A stretch of 64,000 nt of DNA from positions 20,800-84,799 of IMG/VR virus record IMGVR_UViG_3300045993_000417; one strand, written 5' to 3'. Below, piece by piece: positions 9,358 to 18,926 of this stretch. A model generated the notes under the pieces. That model ran no database searches. It was not told the origin of the DNA and saw only the letters and a list, made by a program, of their open reading frames with translations. Origin of the DNA: a virus. A program made the position numbers and the translations under genes. How positions within the stretch are numbered: the stretch's first letter is position 1; the number at the start of each line of letters is the position of its first letter.

Positions 9358-9707
9358 ATAAATACTTAGAAAAGATAGCATCCAGGTCAGACGGAGTTAT
9401 AAACTCCATCTTCGGATTCGGAGATAGACTGATAGGCCACTCTGCCGGCCGTGCTAAGACCATCCACAACTCCTTGAAGGACGCAGCTCATCTGGGTAGC
9501 GGTATCCCAGCCTCTACCATGCGCAAGGCTAAGGAGCTATCTGATGCTGCCTCTCTGGCTTCTCGTAACACTCGTATCCGTACTGCTCTAGCAGTGGGCG
9601 GTGGTGTAACTGCTGGGTATCTCGGTATCCACAAGTACCAGCAACATAAAGATGAGAAGATTATGCAGAAGATCTTATCTAACGCACAAAACAATCAAGT
9701 ATACTAA
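9354..9707 (+). CDS. Putative internal head protein (MNKYLEKIA leader, hydrophobic Gly-rich segment)
   Basis: Exact MNKYLEKIA N-terminus; ALAVGGGVTAGYLGI. Confidence 0.55.
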   Translation: MNKYLEKIASRSDGVINSIFGFGDRLIGHSAGRAKTIHNSLKDAAHLGSGIPASTMRKAKELSDAASLASRNTRIRTALAVGGGVTAGYLGIHKYQQHKDEKIMQKILSNAQNNQVY

Positions 9708-9715
9708 AATACGTA

Positions 9716-9744
9716 TTGACTAAATTAGAGAGACGTACTAAAAT
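9716..9744 (+). promoter_or_regulatory. sigma70-like promoter TTGACT-N17-TAAAAT
   Basis: Canonical spacing upstream of 9777, with an AAGGA RBS. Confidence 0.65.
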
Positions 9745-9776
9745 CACGTTCTCTTACATAACTTAAAGGAAACAAA

Positions 9777-10211
9777 ATGTACATTCAAAACACCCTAAAC
9801 CATACTCTAGTTCTGAAAGCCGGATACTTGAAGTTGGCTGCAGGCGCAACAAACGTCAATCCCCTTACAGAGGATGACTACAAGGACACTACTATTGCTG
9901 ACGCAATCTCTCGTGGTTGGGCTAAAAAAGTAACTGAGGCTATCGCTGCTGCTGAAGTGGCACCGGTTGCAGTTACTGTAGCTAGCTCTAAGGGAGGTTT
10001 GACTCTTGAAGAACTAAAGGCTGAACAGGCTGCTAAAGTAGAGAAGCCAACTGCTTTCACTACTGAGCTTGGTCTTAGCGATGGTATCCCTCAGGGCGGT
10101 GCAGTAGGTTCTACAATCGGAGTGCCTATTGAGACTTACGTAACTGAGCCTGTAGTAGCTCCAGTAGAAGAAGTTAAAGAAACAAAAGCCTCTAAGGCTA
10201 AAAGTAAATAA
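9777..10211 (+). CDS. Hypothetical (virion-associated?) protein
   Basis: 144 aa with RBS, promoter and terminator. Confidence 0.65.
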   Translation: MYIQNTLNHTLVLKAGYLKLAAGATNVNPLTEDDYKDTTIADAISRGWAKKVTEAIAAAEVAPVAVTVASSKGGLTLEELKAEQAAKVEKPTAFTTELGLSDGIPQGGAVGSTIGVPIETYVTEPVVAPVEEVKETKASKAKSK

Positions 10212-10241
10212 AGTATCCCTACATATAAATTGGAATACTTT

Positions 10242-10263
10242 CCGGCCTTAGGGCCGGTTTTTT
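10242..10263 (+). terminator. Intrinsic terminator
   Basis: CCGGCC-TTAG-GGCCGG-TTTTTT. Confidence 0.8.
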
Positions 10264-10282
10264 ATTGTGCTAAACTCTAGTC

Positions 10283-10726
10283 ATGGCTACTATACAAATT
10301 CTAACTGTTGATGAAGTACGTGAGTACTTAGGTGATTACGCTCAAAACAACCGCCTGATTGAAGGTGAGGAGTTTTCAGATACCAGAGTTTCGCTCTGCA
10401 TGGGACTGGCAGTAGATGAATATAATACCAACCCACCTTTCACAGTGTATAGTACGGCGGATTTCCCCTCCAAGTCTATATTGCTCTGGGGAACGTTGTG
10501 GAAGATGTTTGAAGGTAAGGCTGCAGAGTTTGCACGAAACACTCTGTCATACAGTGACGGCGGTGTACAGATACCAATTGAGGAAAAGGCGGAGTTGTAT
10601 AAGACTCTAGCTAACGGTTTCCATCAGAACTTCAACGACCAAATGAGAATCCTAAAAACACACGTTAACATGGAATCAGGCTGGGGTGACGTTCGTGGAG
10701 ATGCGAGCCTTTTCCCTATTTGGTAA
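10283..10726 (+). CDS. Head-tail adaptor/neck protein
   Basis: 147 aa helical protein with VREYLGD and LSYSDGGVQI features typical of head-completion proteins; located between capsid and tail genes. Confidence 0.55.
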   Translation: MATIQILTVDEVREYLGDYAQNNRLIEGEEFSDTRVSLCMGLAVDEYNTNPPFTVYSTADFPSKSILLWGTLWKMFEGKAAEFARNTLSYSDGGVQIPIEEKAELYKTLANGFHQNFNDQMRILKTHVNMESGWGDVRGDASLFPIW

Positions 10727-10729
10727 TCT

Positions 10730-10759
10730 AAAAAAAGCCCAGGTTATTCTGGGCTTTTT
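10730..10759. terminator. Bidirectional intrinsic terminator
   Basis: AAAAAAAGCCCAG-GTTATT-CTGGGCTTTTT between convergent genes. Confidence 0.85.
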
Positions 10760-10760
10760 A

Positions 10761-11105
10761 TCAAACACGCAGAGCGGTAATATATACCCCTATTGCCCTG
10801 TAAAACATCCCATCCTTATTATTGGTGTCCTGTAGTACCAACACGGTTACTTCCGAGTGGCTGGTAAAATCAGGTTCTTTAAGTGCGGGCTTTATCAAAG
10901 ACATTTCCTGGTCATGTAATTCTTTCTCTGAATAGGCTTTTATCATTATAAAGGGAACATAGGCTAGCCTGTGTTTGTAATCCCAGTAATCCCCCCTACC
11001 ACGGATACACCTAGTTAGGCCCTCTATTTCTATGACCTTGATAGGACCACCTTCTAGTTGTTTATCTAACTCACTAACAGATATAGGTTTATACGTTATG
11101 TTCAT
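10761..11105 (-). CDS. Hypothetical protein
   Basis: 114 aa, coupled to the phosphoesterase gene, AAGGA/GAG RBS. Confidence 0.65.
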   Translation of the reverse strand: MNITYKPISVSELDKQLEGGPIKVIEIEGLTRCIRGRGDYWDYKHRLAYVPFIMIKAYSEKELHDQEMSLIKPALKEPDFTSHSEVTVLVLQDTNNKDGMFYRAIGVYITALRV

Positions 11106-12015
11106 TCTCTTCCTTAGTTGAAGTTATGATGAGCGTCTCATGTTCTACCAACCCTCTGGCCTCATTCATTTCACCAGCGTAACCTACGCAGTTATTGATT
11201 AGTACACACTCCCCGAACACGGTGGTATCCTGGTAATGAGTATGTCCATAGAACCAGTACCTGATGTTTGGGTTGTCCATAATCAAGTCACTCAAGTCTG
11301 AGGCGTAATAACAGTTAGAAGTGTCCCCTGCGTACCTAGGATCACACAGACTGAACATCGGTAAGTGATGTGTTATTACTATCACTTTCTTGTTAGGGTT
11401 TTGTCTAGCTATAAAGCGTATGTATTCCTTGTGCCTTTTATGCACATTAACCCAGCGCTCTGACGTAAATCTATCCCACCTGCCCTCAGGACCGGTATCG
11501 TATGATATCTTACCGTCGTAAGCCATAACTCTATTTAGGTTCATCATAGAGAAGGGATCATTCTTATTCATGTCTGTCCAAAGAGTACAGCCTACAAACA
11601 AGAAGTCACCATCCACGTAAGTGTCGCAGTCAAGTACTTTGACGTTGTGTAACCCCCTGTTGGCTAGAAGTTCGTTACACTTCTCACCACCCCTTCTGAT
11701 AGTTAAGCTACCAGAGTTAATCGGCCAGAAATCATGGTTTCCAAGCACTATAAGCACCTGTTTAAACCTACATGCAACCTTCTCGATCCATGTCCTAGAA
11801 TCTACCGTGAATGGTCTAGGAGTATCCTTATCTATTAGAATCGTTTCCCTAGAGAAGTCCTCCCATTCGATAAACCTGGTGCCGGTCCATAAGTCCCCTG
11901 CCAGTATGAGGATAGTCTCAGCGTCGTCTGGTAGAACCGGTGGATACCAAAGTTTACCTAGCTTATAGTGATCTAAATGAATATCAGAGTATTCACGTAT
12001 TTTTAACTGTTGCAT
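11089..12015 (-). CDS. Calcineurin-like metallophosphoesterase
   Basis: All five motifs present: SDIH, AGDL, GNHD, THH, GHTH. Confidence 0.92.
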   Translation of the reverse strand: MQQLKIREYSDIHLDHYKLGKLWYPPVLPDDAETILILAGDLWTGTRFIEWEDFSRETILIDKDTPRPFTVDSRTWIEKVACRFKQVLIVLGNHDFWPINSGSLTIRRGGEKCNELLANRGLHNVKVLDCDTYVDGDFLFVGCTLWTDMNKNDPFSMMNLNRVMAYDGKISYDTGPEGRWDRFTSERWVNVHKRHKEYIRFIARQNPNKKVIVITHHLPMFSLCDPRYAGDTSNCYYASDLSDLIMDNPNIRYWFYGHTHYQDTTVFGECVLINNCVGYAGEMNEARGLVEHETLIITSTKEENEHNV

Positions 12016-12042
12016 AATGATCCTTTAGTTGTTTGTACATTA

Positions 12043-12071
12043 CTTATACCAAATATTCTACCATACTTTAA
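12043..12071 (-). promoter_or_regulatory. Minus-strand promoter TTAAAG-N17-TATAAG (TGG extension)
   Basis: CTTATACCA at 12043-12051 and TTTAA at 12067-12071; overlaps the divergent TAAAAT of gene 12081. Confidence 0.7.
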
Positions 12072-12080
12072 AATACAGTT

Positions 12081-12977
12081 ATGTCATTAAACGTCTCTAT
12101 CAATGTAGGGTTCCTAGTTCAAACCCATAATATGGGTAGCTCAACCGTGCCTACGTTGATTAGTAATGGGATATACCAGTCCGGAGCCATATCGGTAACT
12201 ATATATCCTAGATGGTATAAACACGTATCTGTTGAATGGACAGTGCCTTCTAACTGGGGTAATTGTGTATTCAACGTGTATACTAGTCAGACGGAGGGTG
12301 GTCCTTGGGAGTTGATTAACCCTATCCCTATTACTGGAACGTTCTTAACAGAAGCCGTTTCAAAAGAGTATTCTAAATTCTCTAAGGGTTTTTACGTAGT
12401 AGAAGCATTACTACTGGATAAGAATCTGCATAAGGTAAGGTCAGCTTCTTCGACTTGGAATACGTATCAATCTAACTGGGTTGCATTGCGCTCAAACGAG
12501 ATACAGCGTAGGCAGTACATACTTCTAGCTCAATTTACTGGGGTTAAGTCTTATCTGTTTAGACGTAGAGACTACGGTAAGCGCTGTACGAACTGTTGGG
12601 ATCCTAAGACTGAAAAGGTTATTAAGGATCATTGCACAGTGTGTTTTGGTACTAGTTTCGAAGGTGGTTACTTTGATGCTGTACCGTTCTATGTTCAGTA
12701 TGAACCTACCCCTAATACAGATCAGCAGGTGTATTATGGAACTATGGAAAATAACCAAATCGGCGGTAGGAGTATATCTATACCAGAGGTTAGGTTAAAT
12801 GATATAATAATCAGAGCAGGGGATTGGAACGCATATTTAGTAGACAGAATGACTAACACTGAACTCATGTCTAATTCAGTAAGTCAAATAATGGTATTAA
12901 CACAATTAGGTAAAGACAGCGTCGAGTACAATTTAATGACAAAGAACCTACCAGATTTCCCACAACAATATATATAA
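12081..12977 (+). CDS. Neck/head-closure protein with FN3-like N-terminus and CxxC..CxxC Zn finger
   Basis: RCTNCWD..HCTVCFGTSFEGGYF; position between adaptor and tail terminator/sheath. Confidence 0.5.
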   Translation: MSLNVSINVGFLVQTHNMGSSTVPTLISNGIYQSGAISVTIYPRWYKHVSVEWTVPSNWGNCVFNVYTSQTEGGPWELINPIPITGTFLTEAVSKEYSKFSKGFYVVEALLLDKNLHKVRSASSTWNTYQSNWVALRSNEIQRRQYILLAQFTGVKSYLFRRRDYGKRCTNCWDPKTEKVIKDHCTVCFGTSFEGGYFDAVPFYVQYEPTPNTDQQVYYGTMENNQIGGRSISIPEVRLNDIIIRAGDWNAYLVDRMTNTELMSNSVSQIMVLTQLGKDSVEYNLMTKNLPDFPQQYI

Positions 12978-12987
12978 AGGATAGAAC

Positions 12988-13182
12988 ATGAGCAACAAGT
13001 ACTTAGAAAAGATCGCAATGACTGCTGGAGTTGGTAACCTTATTAAGGGCATCAAGACTACTAGCAAGCTGGAGTCGGACATGCTTAAAGGCAAGGCCCG
13101 TAATATTATTCAGAAACAGGTAGACAGGCACATCCCTACCGGCGGTCTAAGCACTTTGAAGCAATACCCAGTACGGTACTAA
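12988..13182 (+). CDS. Small MSNKYLEKIA-leader protein
   Basis: 64 aa, AAGGA RBS, motif at the N-terminus. Confidence 0.6.
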   Translation: MSNKYLEKIAMTAGVGNLIKGIKTTSKLESDMLKGKARNIIQKQVDRHIPTGGLSTLKQYPVRY

Positions 13183-13184
13183 TA

Positions 13185-13769
13185 ATGTCGTCGTTCTCTC
13201 CTCTACTAGTGTCTAAGCTGGTAATATTACCCTTGAGGTATTTTTTCAGTAACTACGCCAAGGCGTATGACTTAGTATGGGACGAGGATGAAAAGATTCG
13301 CACAATAGAGGTTGGCCACATGAATGACTACCATCAAATAGCCATTCAGAAGAACCCGCGTGTTTTAATATCCAGAGGGGACTACCAGATAAACAAGGTG
13401 GGCATCACTGATAACCTTGCTGAAGCCTTACCCTCTCAACTTCACGGTAGTGACGACCGCGTTAATATGGTGCTTATTTCTGGTAATGCCCAGATAATCA
13501 TAGAGGCCAGGCAACAAGGAACTTGCGAAATTTTAGCAGATATGGTTTCTCACTTTATTACCTGGTCAAGGCCTTTTCTCTGTGATACACAGGGTTTTAA
13601 GGAGTTCGGATTACCAATGGTAGTTTCAGACTGCACCCCTGATCAGGAGGATAAGGAGAAATTTAAGGTAGTGATCTCTATACCCTTTATGATGGAAGAG
13701 AAATGGACTGTAAGACAAGAAGCGCTCTCTTTGAAAAGTTTCTTTGTATCTCTATCAAAGCAGCCATGA
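13185..13769 (+). CDS. Tail terminator/completion protein
   Basis: 194 aa immediately upstream of the sheath gene; synteny only. Confidence 0.45.
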   Translation: MSSFSPLLVSKLVILPLRYFFSNYAKAYDLVWDEDEKIRTIEVGHMNDYHQIAIQKNPRVLISRGDYQINKVGITDNLAEALPSQLHGSDDRVNMVLISGNAQIIIEARQQGTCEILADMVSHFITWSRPFLCDTQGFKEFGLPMVVSDCTPDQEDKEKFKVVISIPFMMEEKWTVRQEALSLKSFFVSLSKQP

Positions 13770-13868
13770 GTCCTGGGTTAAAATATTGTCATAGATTACA
13801 CGGATAACATCCGTTTAAAGGATTTACAAAACTCAGAAAATTCTGGGTTATTTATTTAGGAGAGCTTA

Positions 13869-16517
13869 ATGGCCTACGTAGTACCTTCACCTCTTGTATA
13901 TCAAGAGTTACTAAATTCTGGTGGGGTTGCAAATTCTACCCCAGATCTAGATGCTTGCATTATCGGCCCAGCATTCAACGTTATTAACTACGTTGCTGGT
14001 GACGTCGCATCTTTGATCAAAACGGCAGCATCTAAGGTTAGTGCAGCAATCCCTGTCACTCTGGCAGCCGGTTCTGATACCATCACGTTCACTACCGCTC
14101 CTGCAGTCACTGTAGGGGATGTACTGCTTATTCCCGGTGCTGGACTGGCTGGAGGTTCTTTACAAGCTACAGTTAATTCCGTTAATGGAATGATTGTAAT
14201 TCTAGACACTGTCGCTATCACTAGCGTCACTAACGCTGCTGCTACGAAACAAGGCACTCTAGTAGACTCTACTATCGCTAATACTTTCGGTATGCCTAGT
14301 CAAAAGCCTGGTCAAGTAACTTCTGTTGCTTCAATTGGCGTATACCTTAATAACGCTAGAGTTCAAACTCTATCTACCAAATTCCACGCTTTCTCTAATA
14401 GTGTAGCGTTGACTATGGTTCCTGTAGTTGGTGTCGGTAGTATCCTAATAGGTACTAGAGACGTTACTGCAGTTGATGTTTCTGGTAAGCTGGTTGTCGG
14501 TGATGAAATCACTATAGCTGGTGCAGGTGTAGGTGGAGCTAACTTGGTTGCTAAAATCTCCGCAATGCCTACTGGCACTACTATCACCCTAGACCCTAAT
14601 TCCCCAGCAGCCTCAGCTACTGTCCCAGGTGGAGTCCTAACTAAGAGCGTAATTCAAAATATAAGCCCAGTTACTTCTACCTTGATTTTAGAGGCAGGCG
14701 ATAAGGTTCATATTAATTACACTAATAACGTAGGGGCGGCAGCTACCTTTGATACAACCGTTAATGAAGTCGTAAGCCCAGTAGGAGCTATTACCAGTCT
14801 CACTCTAGCTGACGTCCTTCCTGCAAATATCAGTAAGACTACCACTGTTAGCGTGGCAGCATCTTCTGGAGCTGGTACTGTTACCTTAGGATCAGTTGTA
14901 GGTATGACTAAGGGTGATACTATTAAATTCGCCTCTATAGGTGGAGTTACTGGTAATGACTTTATTACTACAGTAACTCTTATCGCTGGTAACATAGTTA
15001 CTTTATCAGGGGTTCTACCTGCAGCAGCCGATCTAAACTCGGTAGTTATAGTTGGTAACCAAATAACAGTTAGCTCACGTAAGCTATATAACAATCAACT
15101 ATTACCAACACACAAAGTATCTAACGTACTAAGCCTTAACTACGACACTTCTACTACTGCTACCTCTGGTCAGATAGTAATAAACCCTAATCCTGAGTTA
15201 GTGTATGGTGTAGTTAAGACTGCAGACGTACATGTTGGTTACAAGGCTTTGCGTACAGACCTAAGTGCATCTGTAATGGATGTAGCTAACACTGCTGATA
15301 TCCAGGGTACTTTTGGTGACATCTCCGATGCTAACCCTTTGGCTCTAGCTGTTCAACTGGCTAAGGCTAATACCACTACCAGAGTCCGGTTCATTGCCAT
15401 CGAGTCAGATGATCTTGTCGGTTACCAAAAAGCATTCGACTTAGCTGAAGGTCAGAGACTGTACGCAATCGTACCTTTGACACAAGACCAATCAATTGTT
15501 GCTGCTCTAAAGAACCACGTTTTACAGATGTCCTTACCTGAGTCTGCTAATTGGCGTATTGCTCTGGTTAACACGGCTATTCCTACTGATGTAACCGTAG
15601 GACCTTTCAGTTCTGGATTATTGAATGCCAATAGCGGTAATAACGCTATAGCAGTATCCGCTGGTAAATATATCCTTACATCGTCTAACGCTACATTCCT
15701 AAGTGACGGGGTCACTCCTGGAGATATTACTCACGTTTATAACGGAGCTACTCTACTTGGTGCTTACACTGTCCTAGAGGTTGTAAGTAACCAACAAGTT
15801 GTTCTAGACACTACTTCTACAGTATCCGGTGTTTCGTACTTCGTCTCTCGTATCTTGACTAAGACACAAAAGGCTCAGTCCGTTGCTGCAGTGAGCAAAA
15901 GTTTTGGTTCTAGCAGAGTAATCCACGTTCAACCAGACACTGTTGGTGTTAACGTTAACGGCACGATCAAATATCTGCCAGGATATTATCTGTGTGCTGC
16001 AGTGGCTGGACTAGTGGCTGGATTCCCAGTACAACAGGGTTTCACAAATATTGGTGTGGCAGGTATTGCTGATATTAAATACAGTAACTTCTACTTTACC
16101 CGTGCTCAACTTAACTCTATGGCAGAGGCTGGTACATTCCTGTTTGTTCAAGAGACCAGCGGTTCTATACCATACTGCCGTCATGAGTTAACTACTGATG
16201 TTACAGTACTAGAGTACCGTGAGTTACTAGTAGTTAAGAACTGGGACTTCCTGTCTTATTTCTACTATGACAAGATGAAGGGATTCATGGGTTCATGGAA
16301 TATTACTGCTGAAACTCTAAATACAGTACGTAGGACTATCAACGCATCATCTGAGTTGCTTAAAGCTAAAAAATTGCCTAAGATCGGAGCACCATTGATC
16401 GACGCAAAAATAACTAAACTAGAGCAGAGCACTAATAACAAAGATACTATTGATTGCAGATTGAGTGTGTCAGTCGTTTACCCATTCAACTATATCAATT
16501 TATATTTGGTAATCTAG
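13869..16517 (+). CDS. Tail sheath protein with extra beta-rich insertions
   Basis: N-terminal YVVPSPLVYQE..IIGP. C-terminal sheath core PGYYLCAAVAGL..QQGFTN..CRHELTT..ELLVVKNWD..YPFNYINL. Confidence 0.85.
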   Translation: MAYVVPSPLVYQELLNSGGVANSTPDLDACIIGPAFNVINYVAGDVASLIKTAASKVSAAIPVTLAAGSDTITFTTAPAVTVGDVLLIPGAGLAGGSLQATVNSVNGMIVILDTVAITSVTNAAATKQGTLVDSTIANTFGMPSQKPGQVTSVASIGVYLNNARVQTLSTKFHAFSNSVALTMVPVVGVGSILIGTRDVTAVDVSGKLVVGDEITIAGAGVGGANLVAKISAMPTGTTITLDPNSPAASATVPGGVLTKSVIQNISPVTSTLILEAGDKVHINYTNNVGAAATFDTTVNEVVSPVGAITSLTLADVLPANISKTTTVSVAASSGAGTVTLGSVVGMTKGDTIKFASIGGVTGNDFITTVTLIAGNIVTLSGVLPAAADLNSVVIVGNQITVSSRKLYNNQLLPTHKVSNVLSLNYDTSTTATSGQIVINPNPELVYGVVKTADVHVGYKALRTDLSASVMDVANTADIQGTFGDISDANPLALAVQLAKANTTTRVRFIAIESDDLVGYQKAFDLAEGQRLYAIVPLTQDQSIVAALKNHVLQMSLPESANWRIALVNTAIPTDVTVGPFSSGLLNANSGNNAIAVSAGKYILTSSNATFLSDGVTPGDITHVYNGATLLGAYTVLEVVSNQQVVLDTTSTVSGVSYFVSRILTKTQKAQSVAAVSKSFGSSRVIHVQPDTVGVNVNGTIKYLPGYYLCAAVAGLVAGFPVQQGFTNIGVAGIADIKYSNFYFTRAQLNSMAEAGTFLFVQETSGSIPYCRHELTTDVTVLEYRELLVVKNWDFLSYFYYDKMKGFMGSWNITAETLNTVRRTINASSELLKAKKLPKIGAPLIDAKITKLEQSTNNKDTIDCRLSVSVVYPFNYINLYLVI

Positions 16518-16528
16518 AAAATACATAC

Positions 16529-16548
16529 GGGGTCTTCGGACCCCTTTT
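16529..16548 (+). terminator. cUUCGg hairpin / terminator between sheath and tube
   Basis: GGGGTC-TTCG-GACCCC-TTTT. Confidence 0.7.
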
Positions 16549-16569
16549 AAAGAAAAGGAATATCCTTAA

Positions 16570-17244
16570 ATGGCTACAAAAGATGATGACAAACTAGGTA
16601 CAGTAGGTGAGGCCGGGTTTGGATTGAATTGGGACTGGAAAGGTTCCTATATGGACAAACTGGGTGATGAAGGCTACGAGAGATTCTCGCAGTTTTCAGC
16701 ATCTCCAGATACTACAGCACTATTTGCAGGCCCCGCTCGTTATACAGGTCTTGCCGGTGATGCTGCAAGTTTAATACCTATTGGCTTAGCTGACGGAATC
16801 GGTTTCCAATCTCAATCAGGTATCCAACCTTTGTACGAAATCGGTTCTAACCGCACGTTCTTCACACGTGGCAAAACCTCTCACTCGATGACTATGGGTA
16901 AGATGTTGGCTGACCAGAAGAATATCTTGGCAGCTTTGTCTGCTGCGGCTTATCGACCACTAATGGCTACTGATGGATCTAAGAGTCCAGGAGCTGAAAC
17001 TCCAAATCCAAACATTATGATGAACTTGGACTCTGAGTTCTTCGCAGTTCCGTTTGGATTGTTATTGGTATTCAAGACTCGTGGTGGTGGTAATGATGGT
17101 TATGGTAAAGCGTTGACTGCTCTGTATCTAGAGTATTGTATGTTTGCTAACTATGGTTTTAACATAGCTTCTCAAAGCCCTGTTATCCAGGAATCCATAA
17201 GTCTTTCCTTCGATAGACCAGTACCAGTATCCTTTAACGCCTAA
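16570..17244 (+). CDS. Tail tube protein
   Basis: Follows sheath; QPLYEIGSNRTFF and LYLEYC..YGFNI..VIQESISLSF match tube-protein patterns. Confidence 0.75.
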   Translation: MATKDDDKLGTVGEAGFGLNWDWKGSYMDKLGDEGYERFSQFSASPDTTALFAGPARYTGLAGDAASLIPIGLADGIGFQSQSGIQPLYEIGSNRTFFTRGKTSHSMTMGKMLADQKNILAALSAAAYRPLMATDGSKSPGAETPNPNIMMNLDSEFFAVPFGLLLVFKTRGGGNDGYGKALTALYLEYCMFANYGFNIASQSPVIQESISLSFDRPVPVSFNA

Positions 17245-17270
17245 CATAACACCCATAGGGGTATAATAAG

Positions 17271-17292
17271 AACCCGGCTAGTCCGGGTTTTT
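17271..17292 (+). terminator. Intrinsic terminator
   Basis: AACCCGG-CTAGT-CCGGGTTTTT. Confidence 0.75.
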
Positions 17293-17306
17293 GTTATAAT
17301 AGTATT

Positions 17307-18566
17307 ATGTATAATATACCAATCAAATTAGATAAAGGCCTAGAAGAGGGCGTCGTTACAGAAGTAGATGCTAAGCGTCTTATATGTAAGGTGCGCACCT
17401 CCTTTGGCAAAAGATTAAGTAGAGTAAAGTGGATGCTACCCTTTGGAGGATCCTCTAGAGCTGGTGATAGGGGTACTCCTTCTCAGGGGGATAGGGTAGT
17501 ACTATCCTATGGATTGGGGTATCCAATTATAGTAGGGTTCCTACCAGAGTTAGAAGGAGTAGGAAGAGATGATTCCACCGAGTTAGTAGGATCCGTATAC
17601 TCAGTGGATACTGGTAACTTTAGTGGAACTGCAGGTGACTCCTCTAAGATAGACGTTAGTAAACCTAAAGACTTTATATCTGGTGATAGGGTAATCTCTA
17701 CATTGGGTGGCGCCCTTTTAGGGTTACTACGTGGAGGTTCTGTAGTAATACGCAGCGGTGCGTTCTCAGAGATATTTATCTCTAAATGGACGAACTTAGT
17801 GAGAGTAGTGTCAGGTAACTGGGAACACTTTACCGATGTGTTCTCTGATGTAGTTAAAAACTATAGAGGTAGGGTATATAGGTACACCGGATATAGTAAT
17901 ACCTACCTAGGGGCTAAAAATGAGGTGTACACCTACAATGAGTTCACAGGGGATACTGCTTTAGCCGAACAGATGAAAACTACATATACTGAGGATGTAA
18001 TACCAGTTACTCAGAACACTATTATACGTAGAGAGTTGGTTACAGTCGGCGGTGTAGAGAAGATGCACCATAATATAGGACTAACCGGGCTAGATGAGAC
18101 CATAGTTACTAACGCAGGCGGTATTACTAGGATTAAGAGTGACGGTAATGAGATGTATGTTAGTCATAAGTCTGTAGGTAACGTCGAGAGTGTTGCTGTA
18201 ATAGATATTTCCGGTATACTATTCAGGACTGGTGTAGCTGGAGCTGGGCAGAAGGCCTCGTTCCATATTGATCAAAACGGTAACATTGACGTAACGCATG
18301 ATGGTACATTAAATGTAAATACTACCGGCACTGCTACTATCCACAGCGAAGGTAACATGTCCGCTACTACCAGTGGTAATTTAATAGTTACAGCGACTGG
18401 TACAGCTAATGTGACGGCTGGGGGCAAGGCTACGGTTAAAGGTGCAACAGTGGATGTGGACGGTGGCGGTGGTGGTATTAAGGGGGTTGTGCAGGGTAGC
18501 TGTATCTGTGCCTTCACCGGTGCGCCACACGGACATGTTTCAGGAACAGTGAAGGGATCTCAATAA
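17307..18566 (+). CDS. Baseplate central spike (gp5/gpV-like)
   Basis: N-terminal OB fold (GVVTEVD..PSQGDRVVL..PIIVG), beta-helix repeats, C-terminal CICAFTGAPH metal-binding tip. Confidence 0.75.
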   Translation: MYNIPIKLDKGLEEGVVTEVDAKRLICKVRTSFGKRLSRVKWMLPFGGSSRAGDRGTPSQGDRVVLSYGLGYPIIVGFLPELEGVGRDDSTELVGSVYSVDTGNFSGTAGDSSKIDVSKPKDFISGDRVISTLGGALLGLLRGGSVVIRSGAFSEIFISKWTNLVRVVSGNWEHFTDVFSDVVKNYRGRVYRYTGYSNTYLGAKNEVYTYNEFTGDTALAEQMKTTYTEDVIPVTQNTIIRRELVTVGGVEKMHHNIGLTGLDETIVTNAGGITRIKSDGNEMYVSHKSVGNVESVAVIDISGILFRTGVAGAGQKASFHIDQNGNIDVTHDGTLNVNTTGTATIHSEGNMSATTSGNLIVTATGTANVTAGGKATVKGATVDVDGGGGGIKGVVQGSCICAFTGAPHGHVSGTVKGSQ

Positions 18567-18802
18567 TGGCAATGACAGCAGCAGGTATGGCAGCAAAGAT
18601 TAAGGCAGCAATGACTACCCCGGCAATGATTGCCCTAGCACAAACAAGTGATTCAGCTACCGCGGTGACTAATGCTGACACTGCGATGTTAGCCATGTGC
18701 CAAGGTATTATAAATGAGATAGTGGCTAACTCAGAACTCGTGTCTGTAACACATGATGCCGGGGCGGCTGGTGCCGGTATAATAACAGGTACGGTAAAAT
18801 AG
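18566..18802 (+). CDS. Small baseplate/spike-associated protein
   Basis: 78 aa, TAATG coupling to the spike gene. Confidence 0.5.
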   Translation: MAMTAAGMAAKIKAAMTTPAMIALAQTSDSATAVTNADTAMLAMCQGIINEIVANSELVSVTHDAGAAGAGIITGTVK

Positions 18803-18815
18803 TCTTTGCTAGGCT

Positions 18816-18847
18816 AAAAATTACCCAAGGGTTTCCCCTTGTAATTT
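18816..18847. terminator. Terminator between the convergent spike operon and RT operon
   Basis: AAATTA..CAAGGG-TTTC-CCCTTG-TAATTT; followed by TTTTTAG on the minus strand. Confidence 0.7.
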
Positions 18848-18926
18848 AATGGGATATGTTTAACTGTTTTGTTGTTTGAAATAATCTTGAGGATAGCTTA
18901 TTCCTGCTATTGATTTGTTTATTCAT
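18846..18926 (-). CDS. Candidate 26-aa micro-ORF (MNKQINSRNKLSSRLFQTTKQLNISH) downstream of RT
   Basis: AGGAGG-TTTT-ATG; stop abuts the terminator. Not in the ORF track. Confidence 0.35.
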   Translation of the reverse strand: MNKQINSRNKLSSRLFQTTKQLNISH

